64,000 nucleotides of DNA from a candidate division WOR-3 bacterium (GCA_039801565.1 JBDRUX010000002.1:332-64331); one strand, 5' to 3'; shown: positions 20,316 through 30,183, counted from the first letter of the stretch. Program-made: numbers and translations. Notes: generated by a model not told the origin, from the sequence alone.

Positions 20316-21083
20316 TTACCAATTCGGTTTTCTTTTTTCTAAAAATGCGGTCATCCCTTCCTTCGGTTCGCCGGAACCGAAGCAGGCACTGAACTGCCTT
20401 ATTTCTAAAGAATTTGCCGAGTGGAGGTCGGTATCAATACCCTGATTGATTGTCATCTTAGCAGCACGAATCGCCCTTGGACCTTTACTGGCAATTTTTT
20501 TTGCTGTCTCTTTGGTAATTTCTAAAAGTTTGTCGGCTGGAACAACCTTATTGACTAATCCGATACGGAGCGCTTCGTTAGCATCAATCGCTTCACCAGT
20601 ATAAATCAATTCTTTGGCAATACCAATGCCACAAAGCCGTGATAGCCGTTGGGTACCACCAAAACCAGGAATGATACCTAAATTAACCTCGGGCTGACCA
20701 ATCTTAGCGGTATCAGCCATAATTCGAAAATCGCAGGCCAAGGCAATCTCGCAACCACCACCCAAGGCATAACCATTAATTGCGGCGATAACCGGTTTGT
20801 TAATACCTTCAATTTTGTTTAAAGCCCGGTGACCATTCTGAGCAAATTCGCGAGCGTGAATTGGGTCAAAGTCTTTCATTTCATTAATATCAGCACCGGC
20901 AACAAATGCCTTGCCGGCACCGGTTAAGATAACTACCCGCAACTCTTCATCTTTGCCCAATTCTTCAAATACCTGCTCGATTTCTAAAACCACCTCGGTG
21001 TTCAACGCATTAACAGGTGGACGATTAATCGTGACGACCGCAATTCGGTCCTCCCTTTCAATATTAAGATATTTGGTCTCCAT
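20316..21083 (-). CDS. Enoyl-CoA hydratase/crotonase family
   Basis: Crotonase fold motifs AAINGYALGGGCEIALACD and FGGTQRL. Confidence 0.85.
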   Translation of the reverse strand: METKYLNIEREDRIAVVTINRPPVNALNTEVVLEIEQVFEELGKDEELRVVILTGAGKAFVAGADINEMKDFDPIHAREFAQNGHRALNKIEGINKPVIAAINGYALGGGCEIALACDFRIMADTAKIGQPEVNLGIIPGFGGTQRLSRLCGIGIAKELIYTGEAIDANEALRIGLVNKVVPADKLLEITKETAKKIASKGPRAIRAAKMTINQGIDTDLHSANSLEIRQFSACFGSGEPKEGMTAFLEKRKPNW

Positions 21084-21286
21084 TATGCCTCCTTAAAATT
21101 AACAAAAGCCAAATCACTAATCGCCTTTTTTTATCGAATAAATTGGTTGGGAAAAATTCGAGGTAAAAAGACAAATCCATTGTTAGTTAAAATATACTGA
21201 AAAAGATTAAATTTTCAAGTATTAAGTAATAGTTTAAAAATTTGTTGTTATTTAATTCATTGACATAGCCTTTTCTTATTGATAAA

Positions 21287-22144
21287 TTGATTAGGTTCTC
21301 AATGCGTTGGTTAATATATCAACAAGCAAGTAAACGATTCCCTTATCTTTTATTGATTGAGCACGAGGCTGGTAAATTTTTAAGTTATGCGGTGCAGGAT
21401 AAATGGCCCGGTCCGGGGAAAAATATTTTTTGTATCCCAGGTCAAGGGTTGACTGAAGACCAACTACCGAAAGAATTGGAATTATTAGATTCCTGTGATA
21501 TTAAGAAACTTGCCCGTTACGGTCGGAAGTTGGTAGTAATTTTAGACCGCAAGGTGAAGAAACGGTCTTGGTTCTTAACCGTGGAAAAACAATCAAAAAC
21601 CAAGCCGGGAAAGACTTACGAGCAAACTTTCTGGATTACCCAGGCATCAGCAGTTGCCCACCGCGGCGGTGCTTACCTTTCCGAAGCCGGTAAGCGGCGC
21701 GATTTGACTATTGTTTGTGATAAAAGAGAACGCTACGGTTACAGTTTTCCCAAATATACTATTGAGAAAATCAATTTGCCTATTGGTGACTATGCCTTAA
21801 AATTGTCGAACGGTAAAATAATTGCAGTAGTGGAGCGTAAGACCAAAGATGGCTTTATCCATGAAATCGCAACCTTTGACGTCCTGAAGGCACGGTTATT
21901 AGAGATGATTGAGTCTTATAAGTACTGTGCCTTGCTGATCGAGACGAATTATTCCGATTTAATTGATCCGAAGAAGTGTAAATTCTATTCAGCAGGATTT
22001 GTGGCAGAGGTTATCGCTGAACTCTTTGCCAATTTTCCAAAGTTACAGATTGTCTTCTGCTCGAACCGAATATTTGCCCAAGAATGGATTGAACGCTATT
22101 TTCAACGTATCGCCAAAATCGAAGAACCAAGACTGATGCGTTGA
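21287..22144 (+). CDS. ERCC4-type (XPF/Mus81-like PD-(D/E)xK) nuclease-domain protein with uncharacterised N-terminal domain
   Basis: C-terminal GDYALKLSNGKIIAVVERKTKDGF matches the ERCC4 GDx(n)ERKxxD signature; the ~150-aa N-terminus is unrecognised. Confidence 0.5.
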   Translation: MIRFSMRWLIYQQASKRFPYLLLIEHEAGKFLSYAVQDKWPGPGKNIFCIPGQGLTEDQLPKELELLDSCDIKKLARYGRKLVVILDRKVKKRSWFLTVEKQSKTKPGKTYEQTFWITQASAVAHRGGAYLSEAGKRRDLTIVCDKRERYGYSFPKYTIEKINLPIGDYALKLSNGKIIAVVERKTKDGFIHEIATFDVLKARLLEMIESYKYCALLIETNYSDLIDPKKCKFYSAGFVAEVIAELFANFPKLQIVFCSNRIFAQEWIERYFQRIAKIEEPRLMR

Positions 22145-22427
22145 GTTCCTTTCAACCGGAAATTTTTTAAAGATAAAATAAGAATTTCTTTTAACTATTA
22201 GAAATTTAAATAGTAGTTTACCCGGTAAAAGTAGTTTAGGTATAAGAGAGACTTGGTATTGCCCTTTGGTTTTTAATTACCCTTAAGTCTTATCTACGAT
22301 TTAACCCGTTCGCTCTTCTAAGATTTTATATTGCATATACTTATACCATTAGCCATTTTGTTTACTTTAATAATTGTATAAAAATTGAGTTATCGGTCTA
22401 CTTCCCAAATGGCTTTTCGGGCTATTC

Positions 22428-22631
22428 AGTAGGTAAGCCGGTGGGCTAGCCTCTGGGCAGTTCGGTGGGTTGACCACCCCCTTGCCTACCGGCTAGCCCG
22501 GGGGCTAGCCTATGGGCTAGGCTGCTCCATAGTCAACCAGTTTGCCAGCCATATAGCCTACTCGCTTGCCCGGTAGGTTGACCAGCGGATTACCAAGTAG
22601 ACTATCCAGAGGGTAGCCGGGTGGGTAAACC
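22428..22631. repeat. GC-rich degenerate tandem array with ~12-bp period (~17 units) containing three copies of the palindrome GGCTAGCC
   Basis: Units such as ggtgggctagcc / taccggctagcc / cgggggctagcc / tatgggctaggc / agccatatagcc / tactcgcttgcc. No open frame (stops and indels break every frame). Sits in a 730-bp gap between convergent genes. Confidence 0.6.
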
Positions 22632-22872
22632 GGAGGTTCGGTTAAGGAGCTGGTCATTAATTTAGTTTTTAATCAATCGCGGTATCGGCTTTTGCCTTTG
22701 ATATTGAAACCAATTAGAAGGTCGGTAAGGCAATTGTAGTGATGACAGAGTATAAAGTGGGCTTTGAACTAAATTAGAGATTCAATTCCAAACTTGTTGT
22801 AATGACTGGTTATTGGTGTTTAATTTAAGGCAAATTAGCCAATTTCCCAATCCCAAAATTGTAAAAGTTAAC

Positions 22873-25587
22873 TTATCGCATCCGTAAAACCTTATCACTG
22901 CTCAGATTACTGCCTTGCCTCAGCTCAACAAAGTAGACACCGTTTGGTAGTTGCCGATTATTGAAATCAGTGCCATCCCAAATAACCGATTTGGTAACAA
23001 GGCGCTTGAAACTCTTTACCAATTTACCCGCTGCATTATAGATATTCAATTGGGCATTCTGGTAATTACTGATCAGCAATTTAATAGCTACCTGTTTTGC
23101 GAATGGATTAGGAGCCAAGGATAAGACAGGTAAGTTGGTTTTAACAAAGGTCTTTGGTGCTTCTTTTATTTCGGCTGGTGGTAACACTTCGCCAAAGAAA
23201 GTGAGAATTCGTGCCATTATAACCCATTTCTGAGTGTAGCGGGTAGGGTTGCCAGCAATCGCCTCAAAGGGAAATCCAAAATAGACCACTTTATAGGTAT
23301 TGGAATAATGGATACCACCATAAATCGTATCTGGATTAGCGACATAGTGATGGCTACCGGTTGCACCGCCAATCGGCTGAATACCGTCCATTGATAACGC
23401 ATTATTGGCGCCACCAGTTCCCATCAAGGCTAAAGTATCAGTACTGCTATTACCAATCGGGTCGCCATCAATTCCTCTGACTCGGGGCATTGAACCAGTG
23501 GTTACTCGATTGAGTAGATAACGGGCGTGAAGGTAGTTGGTATAAAATGGTTGGCTACCGATTTCTTGGCCCAAATTCTGGCCGCATAAGAAAAGATTGC
23601 CACCATTATCTAAATAGGAACTAAGTGCGGTAATATCGCTGTTGGTTAAAGTCTGAGTGCTATCAAGACCGCAGAACCAAACTACCACCGGATAATGATT
23701 TAAAGTGTCAAGGGGTGGTGAACCTTGCGCAGTAACCGTCCATAGTTTATAAAGGACGCCAAGGCTATCACAAGCCTGTTTATACCATTGCTCAATATTG
23801 CCACCATCGTCATCATCAACCAAAAGGACCCTTGGTGCACCAACCGGAATGGTTAACTGTTCGTCTAAATCGTAACTGGGTGGTGTCGCATCTTTAGTGA
23901 TGGCGAATCTCACACGGTGCGGAACTGCATTGGGGTGGACATAAAAGATAAAGGAATCGGCTGAACAGTTTCGACTTGTGCCACCTGGTATATCAGGGAA
24001 TGTTGCAGTAGGATGTAAAATTGTGATTGTGGTATCAAGAGTGGTCATTGTAGCTGAAACATTGGTTGCAGTTTGCCAATAAGGGTCGTTCATCAAAGTG
24101 ATAACCACGGCACAAGTCTCACCTAAGTCCGGATAGCCGTTGTTATTACCAGTTCGGTCAACAATTCGATAATCGGTCATTTGGAGATAACAGCGAATTG
24201 GCTGATGAATCGCCTTACCGACATTGATTCGGCCGTGTCCTAAAAGTCCAAGCCGGTAGGTTGAATCCGGCATCGAGTCGCAGGACTGGAAGATTCGAGT
24301 CGTGCATTCGGCATTGGTCATAGTTGGATAGGCTGACTTTAAAAGAACTGCTAACCCACCGACACAAGGTGAAGCGGCTGAGGTGCCTCCAAATTCCCGC
24401 ATATAACGATTTCCGACATCAGTTGAATAGACATCAGTGCCCGGTGCGGCTAAGTCAACCCAAGGCGCATAATTAGATTGTTCGCCGCCATACCAGATTG
24501 AACGACGATCAAAACGGTCGGATGCGGCAGTGGCAATCACATGGTCATAACAAGCTGGATAACGGGGTGCACCACCTGAATAGGTATTACCAGCTGATGC
24601 ACTTAAGACGCAACCTTGTGACCAGGCATATTGAATCGCATAATCTAAAGATGATTGATAGCCAGAGCCGCCCCAACTCATACTAATTGCAAATGCGCCA
24701 TTGTCTGCAACATAATATAGGGCTTGAATTGCACAATAGGTATAAATACCGGTGGCATCGCCGCAACGCAAAGCCGTGCCCCGGGCGTGAAATCCAATGC
24801 TGGTGACACCGCGCTGATTGTCTGATACCGCAACCGCTGCCCCAAAACAGAGTGTACCGTGACTTTCATCCATCGTCTCATTGATTGGATTGTTGTCCCA
24901 GCCGTAAAAATCCCAACCAATTACATCATCAATATAGCCATTACCATCATTATCCACCCCATCTTCGTCGCCACCGGGTGGTGGACCTGGGTTAAATCGG
25001 CCATTGTGGTTAATATCTTCTTCCGGATTTATCCAGAGATTATCTTCAATATCCGGATGCGTCCATTCCAATCCTTCGTCAATGATTGCTACCCAAACCA
25101 GCGTATCACCCTGACAAATATCCCAGGCGCGTTCACATTGTAAATTACGATGGTGCCATTGTTGCGAATAGAGGGAATCATTTGGCACGTAGTCTAATTT
25201 AAAGACAAAATTTGGCTCCGCATACTCAATTGCCGGACAATTTTTATAGGCAGCGATTAAATCAATAACTTTTAATGTTTCTGGAAAGACAAATAGATAG
25301 ACCAAATCAATGCCCAATCTTAAGGCATTTTCATTAGGTTTTGGGTTGCGATAAGCTTTGTCAATCGTTTGGGTCTTGTAAAAGTGATTCAATTTATCAA
25401 CTGCAGGAATACCAGTTAAGGCGATACCGTCTTGATATTGAATGTTAATTAGGCCACGATATTCCGGTTTGAATTGGACGATTAAATGCCCAGCAACAAA
25501 CTTGTCCGGAAATTCCGGTGCACTGGTAATCGGCAGGGCGAATCCAATTGCCAGTACAGATAACAAGATAACCATCAGGTTCTTCAT
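22873..25587 (-). CDS. S8-family subtilisin-like serine peptidase with T9SS C-terminal sorting domain
   Basis: Signal peptide; Asp box AIIDEGLEWTHPD, His box HGTLCFG, Ser box GGTSAASPCVGG; C-terminal …LNIYNAAGKLVKSF…NGVYFVEL… Por_Secre_tail-like. Confidence 0.85.
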   Translation of the reverse strand: MKNLMVILLSVLAIGFALPITSAPEFPDKFVAGHLIVQFKPEYRGLINIQYQDGIALTGIPAVDKLNHFYKTQTIDKAYRNPKPNENALRLGIDLVYLFVFPETLKVIDLIAAYKNCPAIEYAEPNFVFKLDYVPNDSLYSQQWHHRNLQCERAWDICQGDTLVWVAIIDEGLEWTHPDIEDNLWINPEEDINHNGRFNPGPPPGGDEDGVDNDGNGYIDDVIGWDFYGWDNNPINETMDESHGTLCFGAAVAVSDNQRGVTSIGFHARGTALRCGDATGIYTYCAIQALYYVADNGAFAISMSWGGSGYQSSLDYAIQYAWSQGCVLSASAGNTYSGGAPRYPACYDHVIATAASDRFDRRSIWYGGEQSNYAPWVDLAAPGTDVYSTDVGNRYMREFGGTSAASPCVGGLAVLLKSAYPTMTNAECTTRIFQSCDSMPDSTYRLGLLGHGRINVGKAIHQPIRCYLQMTDYRIVDRTGNNNGYPDLGETCAVVITLMNDPYWQTATNVSATMTTLDTTITILHPTATFPDIPGGTSRNCSADSFIFYVHPNAVPHRVRFAITKDATPPSYDLDEQLTIPVGAPRVLLVDDDDGGNIEQWYKQACDSLGVLYKLWTVTAQGSPPLDTLNHYPVVVWFCGLDSTQTLTNSDITALSSYLDNGGNLFLCGQNLGQEIGSQPFYTNYLHARYLLNRVTTGSMPRVRGIDGDPIGNSSTDTLALMGTGGANNALSMDGIQPIGGATGSHHYVANPDTIYGGIHYSNTYKVVYFGFPFEAIAGNPTRYTQKWVIMARILTFFGEVLPPAEIKEAPKTFVKTNLPVLSLAPNPFAKQVAIKLLISNYQNAQLNIYNAAGKLVKSFKRLVTKSVIWDGTDFNNRQLPNGVYFVELRQGSNLSSDKVLRMR

Positions 25588-25714
25588 TTTGTGCCTCCTT
25601 GTTTCATTGCTTCAATATAACTATACAATTTTTTGGTGGACTGTCAATCATTTAATTCAAAATTTTTTATTTACGAAATAAGAAAAATGGTTATAATAAG
25701 ACTTAGGAGGCAAA

Positions 25715-26197
25715 ATGGTAAGTATTCTTTTGGGTAGTGATACCGATTTACCGATTATGCAAGAGACCGCAAAGATGCTTGAGAACTTTGGCATTGATTT
25801 TGAGATAAAGATTCTTTCGGCGCATCGGACACCGGAGGCGGTTCGAAGCTATGTGAAACAAGCGGAAAAGAAGGGTATTAAAATATTTATCGCCGGGGCA
25901 GGTGGCGCCGCCCATCTACCTGGTTTGGTTGCCGCTTATACCACTTTACCAGTTATCGGTGTCCCACTTGGTTCAGAATTAAATGGACTCGACTCGCTTT
26001 TTTCTATTGTCCAGATGCCGAAGGGCGTACCAGTTGGAACCGTAGCAATCGGTAAAGCCGGAGCAATCAATTCGGCAATATTGGCTGCGGAAATTTTAGC
26101 CCTGAGCGATAAAGACTTAAAGAGAAAATTGCAAGATTACCGAAAAAATCTCGAAAGAGAAGTTTTGAACAAGTCAAAATCGTTAGGGAGGAAGTGA
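25715..26197 (+). CDS. purE: N5-carboxyaminoimidazole ribonucleotide mutase
   Basis: VSILLGSDTDLPIM…AGGAAHLPGLVAA…VIGVP typical PurE. Confidence 0.9.
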   Translation: MVSILLGSDTDLPIMQETAKMLENFGIDFEIKILSAHRTPEAVRSYVKQAEKKGIKIFIAGAGGAAHLPGLVAAYTTLPVIGVPLGSELNGLDSLFSIVQMPKGVPVGTVAIGKAGAINSAILAAEILALSDKDLKRKLQDYRKNLEREVLNKSKSLGRK

Positions 26198-26862
26198 TGC
26201 TTAAGAAAATCCTTATCATTGGTTTCGGCTTAGGGATAATAATGTCAGGTTTTAGCCAAAAACCAAAGAAAGGAGAAAAGGTGAAATTACCGGAACCGAA
26301 ATATTCAAGTAAAATAAGCGTTGAAGAGGCCTTAAAGGATCGGCGGTCGGTTCGTTCCTATAAAAATGAGCCATTAACCTTAGAAGAGGTATCACAACTC
26401 TTATGGGCTTGTCAAGGCAAAACTGCCGAATGGGGTGGCAGGACTGCGCCATCGGCCGGTGCTACTTATCCCTTAGATGTTTACCTGGTGGTAGGTAATG
26501 TGACCGGACTTGCTTCGGGTGTCTATAAATATGAACCAGATGACCATAGTATCGAGATGATAAAAGAAAAAGATGTTCGCAACGATTTAGCTGGCGCTGC
26601 CTGGGGACAAGCCTTTATTGCCAAAGCGCCCATCACCATTGTCTTAACTTGTATCTATCGGCGAACGACCGGTCGTTATGGCGAACGGGGAGTTCGTTAT
26701 GTCCATATGGAAGCCGGGCATTGCGGACAAAATGTCCATCTGCAATGCGAAACAATGGGGTTAGGGACTGTGATGGTTGGTGCGTTCAGCGATGAACGGG
26801 TAAAAGAGATTTTAGGAATTAAAGCCGAACCATTATATATTATTCCAATTGGTAAGAAATGA
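26194..26862 (+). CDS. SagB/ThcOx-type dehydrogenase (nitroreductase superfamily)
   Basis: DRRSVRSY…LSQLLWACQG…PSAGATYPLDVY pattern of SagB-type FMN dehydrogenases; N-terminal hydrophobic segment; 4-nt overlaps on both sides within the purE–purC operon. Confidence 0.55.
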   Translation: MMLKKILIIGFGLGIIMSGFSQKPKKGEKVKLPEPKYSSKISVEEALKDRRSVRSYKNEPLTLEEVSQLLWACQGKTAEWGGRTAPSAGATYPLDVYLVVGNVTGLASGVYKYEPDDHSIEMIKEKDVRNDLAGAAWGQAFIAKAPITIVLTCIYRRTTGRYGERGVRYVHMEAGHCGQNVHLQCETMGLGTVMVGAFSDERVKEILGIKAEPLYIIPIGKK

Positions 26863-27760
26863 GGAAATGCTAGAGGCATTGATTAAAACCGAACTATCTG
26901 ATTTAAAGTTATTCAAACGGGGTAAGGTGCGCGATATTTATGAAATAGATGACGCTCTTTTAATCATCGCTACTGACCGTGTCTCAACCTTTGATGTTGT
27001 ATTACAAGATGGCATTCCCGACCGGGGTAAGGTCTTAACTCAACTCTCTTGCTTCTGGTTTGACTATTTTAAGACGAAGATCAAAAGCCATCTGATTAGT
27101 GCGGATGTGAACCAATTTCCTAAAGAGTTACAACAATACCGAACAATGCTTGATAAACGGGCAATGTTGGTGAGGAGATGTCAACCCATTAAGATTGAGT
27201 GTGTGGCGCGAGGGTATTTGGCTGGCTCGGGTTGGGTGGAGTATCAACGGTCAGGAACAGTTAGTGGTATAAAATTACCAAAAGGGCTGACCGAATCTTC
27301 CCGGCTTCCTGAAATAATCTTTACGCCCACCACAAAAGCTGAGACCGGACACGATATGAGTTTGACTATTCAAGAAATGATTGATTTAATCGGCGCCGCA
27401 TTGACCGAAAAGTTAAAAGACTTGACCATAAAAATTTATGAAGAAGCCTGCCAATATGCCGAAACGAGAGGAATCATAATTGCTGACACTAAGTTTGAAT
27501 TTGGTTTTCTTAATAATGAGCTGGTAATAATTGATGAGCTTTTAACTCCGGATTCGTCTCGTTTCTGGGATAAACAAGAATACCGGGTGGGTAGTTCGCC
27601 ACCAAGTTATGACAAACAATACCTAAGGGATTACTTAATCAATATTGGCTGGGATAAAAATCCACCGGCACCGAAATTGCCACCCGAGGTAATTACAATG
27701 ACCAGAAATAAGTATCTGGAGGCTTATTATCGGTTAACCGGTAAAAAATTGGAATGCTGA
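26849..27760 (+). CDS. purC: Phosphoribosylaminoimidazole-succinocarboxamide synthase
   Basis: KRGKVRDIYEIDDALLIIATDRVSTFD SAICAR-synthetase motif. Confidence 0.9.
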   Translation: MVRNEEMLEALIKTELSDLKLFKRGKVRDIYEIDDALLIIATDRVSTFDVVLQDGIPDRGKVLTQLSCFWFDYFKTKIKSHLISADVNQFPKELQQYRTMLDKRAMLVRRCQPIKIECVARGYLAGSGWVEYQRSGTVSGIKLPKGLTESSRLPEIIFTPTTKAETGHDMSLTIQEMIDLIGAALTEKLKDLTIKIYEEACQYAETRGIIIADTKFEFGFLNNELVIIDELLTPDSSRFWDKQEYRVGSSPPSYDKQYLRDYLINIGWDKNPPAPKLPPEVITMTRNKYLEAYYRLTGKKLEC

Positions 27761-28776
27761 CCAAAGATTTTGATTACTATCTACCCAAGGAACTGATTGC
27801 TCAAGAACCAACGGAAAAAAGGGACGAGTCAAGACTTTTAATTCTTAGTCGCCAGACCGGTGAGATAAAGGAGACAATTTTCAAAGAAATTATCAATTAC
27901 CTTAATCCAACCGACCTTTTAGTTTTGAATGATACCAGGGTGATAAAAGCCCGAATCTTTGGTCAACTCCTGTCTGACCGCAAGGTGGAATTACTCTTAT
28001 TAAGAGAAATTTCGTCGGGTATTTGGGAGACATTAGCGCGCCCAGCCAAGAAGGTTAAACCGGGTGGTAAAATAAGATTTGGCGAATACGAAGCTACAAT
28101 CCTCGAAAGGAAAGAGTCCGGTGTTCGTATTGTCCAATTCTCACCTGACAATATCAGTAATCTTTTAAATAAGTACGGCGAACTTGCCTTACCACCTTAT
28201 ATTAAAAAACCGTGCCAAGACCCTAACCGTTACCAGACGATTTATGGCAACAAACACGGTGCAATTGCGGCACCAACCGCTGGTCTCCATTTTACTGAAG
28301 AACTGTTAAAAGCAATTCGTGCCAAAGGCGTAACTACCCTATTTATAACCCTGCACTGTGGTTTGGGGACATTTCGTCCGGTAAAGGTAGAAAAAGTTGA
28401 AGAACATAGGATGTATCCCGAAGAATTTGTGATAAATGATGATACGGCACAAAAGGTTAATCAGGCGAAAGCTGAAAAGCGAAGAGTAATTGCGGTTGGC
28501 ACAACAGTCGTGCGGGCATTAGAAACCCAAGCCTATCAACAAAAAAAAGAATGGCGATTGAAGCCAGGGCAGGGACTGACCAATCTTTATATCTATCCTG
28601 GCTATGAATTTAAAATTGTTGATGCAATGGTTACCAACTTTCATTTGCCTAAATCTACCCTTTTAATGTTAGTTTGCGCCTTTGCCAATAAGGAGTTGAT
28701 TTTTAAGGCTTATGATTATGCGATAAGAAACCGATTCCGATTCTATAGCTTTGGCGATGCGATGCTAATTATTTAG
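27754..28776 (+). CDS. queA: S-adenosylmethionine:tRNA ribosyltransferase-isomerase
   Basis: FDYYLPKELIAQEP…RDESRLLIL N-terminus and C-terminal FYSFGDAMLI. Confidence 0.9.
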   Translation: MLTKDFDYYLPKELIAQEPTEKRDESRLLILSRQTGEIKETIFKEIINYLNPTDLLVLNDTRVIKARIFGQLLSDRKVELLLLREISSGIWETLARPAKKVKPGGKIRFGEYEATILERKESGVRIVQFSPDNISNLLNKYGELALPPYIKKPCQDPNRYQTIYGNKHGAIAAPTAGLHFTEELLKAIRAKGVTTLFITLHCGLGTFRPVKVEKVEEHRMYPEEFVINDDTAQKVNQAKAEKRRVIAVGTTVVRALETQAYQQKKEWRLKPGQGLTNLYIYPGYEFKIVDAMVTNFHLPKSTLLMLVCAFANKELIFKAYDYAIRNRFRFYSFGDAMLII

Positions 28777-28797
28777 GAAATCTTAAGATCAATTCGT

Positions 28798-30183
28798 ATG
28801 GAAGCTTTAACGGTTGAAGAGATTGTAACTGCAACTGATGGTAAACTATTATCCGGCGATTTAAATAGAAAAATTAATAACATCTCGATTGACTCCCGGA
28901 CCATCAAACCTAATGATTTGTTCATCGCAATTAAAGGGAAAAATTTTGATGGTCATAGTTTTGTCTCGGAAGCCTTGGCAAAAGGTGCAATTGGGGCAGT
29001 GGTCGCGGATGCAAATATTAAATCAAGTCAAGCAATTCTGATTAAGGTTAAAGATACCAGAGAAGCTTTAGGCAATATTGCTCGTTATTACCGCGGCAAA
29101 TTCAAACCGTTAGTGATAGCAGTTACTGGTAGTAATGGCAAAACAACGACCAAAGAGATGATCGCCGGAATTTTAGGGAAAAGAATGCGAATCGTTAAGG
29201 CAAAAGATAGCTTTAACAACGAAATTGGTGTTCCACTAACGATTTTAGGGATAGATTTCCAAACCCAGGCTTTAATCTTAGAAATTGAAATGAACCTTTT
29301 GGGTGGGACAAGGCGATTAGCCGAAATTGCTAAACCACAAATTGGAGTGGTGACCAATGTTGGTGACACCCACTTAGAATTCTTAGGTAGTCGCGAAAAT
29401 GTGATGAGAGAGAAGGCGGAACTTATCGAATCATTAACCCCTGACGGTGTCGCAATTCTTAATGCTGATGATGAGTTAGTAATGGCAATTGGCGAAAACT
29501 TTCCCAAAATCCAAAAGTTGACTTTTGGACTAAATCAGCCAGCCGATATTTTTGCCAAGCAAATCCTTGATTTAACAACCAATGGTTGTCATTTTATGTT
29601 ACAGGGCAAGTACCGGACCCGGCTTCATCTTTTAGGCACACACAATATTTATAACGCACTGGCGGCGATTGCAACAGTCAAGGCTTGTGGGTTTGATTTT
29701 GCTCCGATTGTTTCCGCAATTGAGGAGTTCAGACCAGTTACAATGCGAATGGAAATTGTGCGGATTAAAGATTTGACAGTTATCAACGACACCTATAATG
29801 CTAATCCCCAGTCAATGAAAACAGCTCTGGCAACATTGGCTAAGATTGACTCTGATGGCAAAAAAATTGTTGTCCTGGGCGATATGTTAGAGTTAGGTGC
29901 AGGTAGTGAGTTCTTTCATTATACGCTTGGTCAAGAAGCGGCAAAAATTGCCGATGTGATTCTGGCGATTGGTAAATTTAGCCGAAATGTTATCGAGGGT
30001 GCCCTACAAGTTGGAATTAATCCGGAAAATGCCAGGAACTACGAAAATAACAAGGACCTCCTTACAAACTTAATTGACATTATCCAACCTAAAGATACAA
30101 TACTAATTAAAGGTTCCCGAGCAATGCATTTGGAATGGTTGCTCGAGGGACTTAAAACTGAGTATGAAAAAAAGACCGATTAA
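28798..30183 (+). CDS. murF: UDP-N-acetylmuramoyl-tripeptide--D-alanyl-D-alanine ligase
   Basis: VTGSNGKTTTKEM P-loop; Mur ligase middle and C-terminal domains. Confidence 0.9.
   Translation: MEALTVEEIVTATDGKLLSGDLNRKINNISIDSRTIKPNDLFIAIKGKNFDGHSFVSEALAKGAIGAVVADANIKSSQAILIKVKDTREALGNIARYYRGKFKPLVIAVTGSNGKTTTKEMIAGILGKRMRIVKAKDSFNNEIGVPLTILGIDFQTQALILEIEMNLLGGTRRLAEIAKPQIGVVTNVGDTHLEFLGSRENVMREKAELIESLTPDGVAILNADDELVMAIGENFPKIQKLTFGLNQPADIFAKQILDLTTNGCHFMLQGKYRTRLHLLGTHNIYNALAAIATVKACGFDFAPIVSAIEEFRPVTMRMEIVRIKDLTVINDTYNANPQSMKTALATLAKIDSDGKKIVVLGDMLELGAGSEFFHYTLGQEAAKIADVILAIGKFSRNVIEGALQVGINPENARNYENNKDLLTNLIDIIQPKDTILIKGSRAMHLEWLLEGLKTEYEKKTD

Noticed and set aside
22428-22631. Hypothesis that the 12-bp periodic array encodes a tetrapeptide-repeat protein (xGLA)n, or is RNase P RNA, tmRNA or SRP RNA
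   Set aside because: Every frame is interrupted by stops or 11- and 13-nt units. GGCTAGCC puts TAG in two frames on each strand. None of the universal motifs were found: RNase P CR-I/CR-V (e.g. GGAAAGUCCGG / ACAGAANCCGGCUUA), the tmRNA tRNA-like end, or SRP domain IV.
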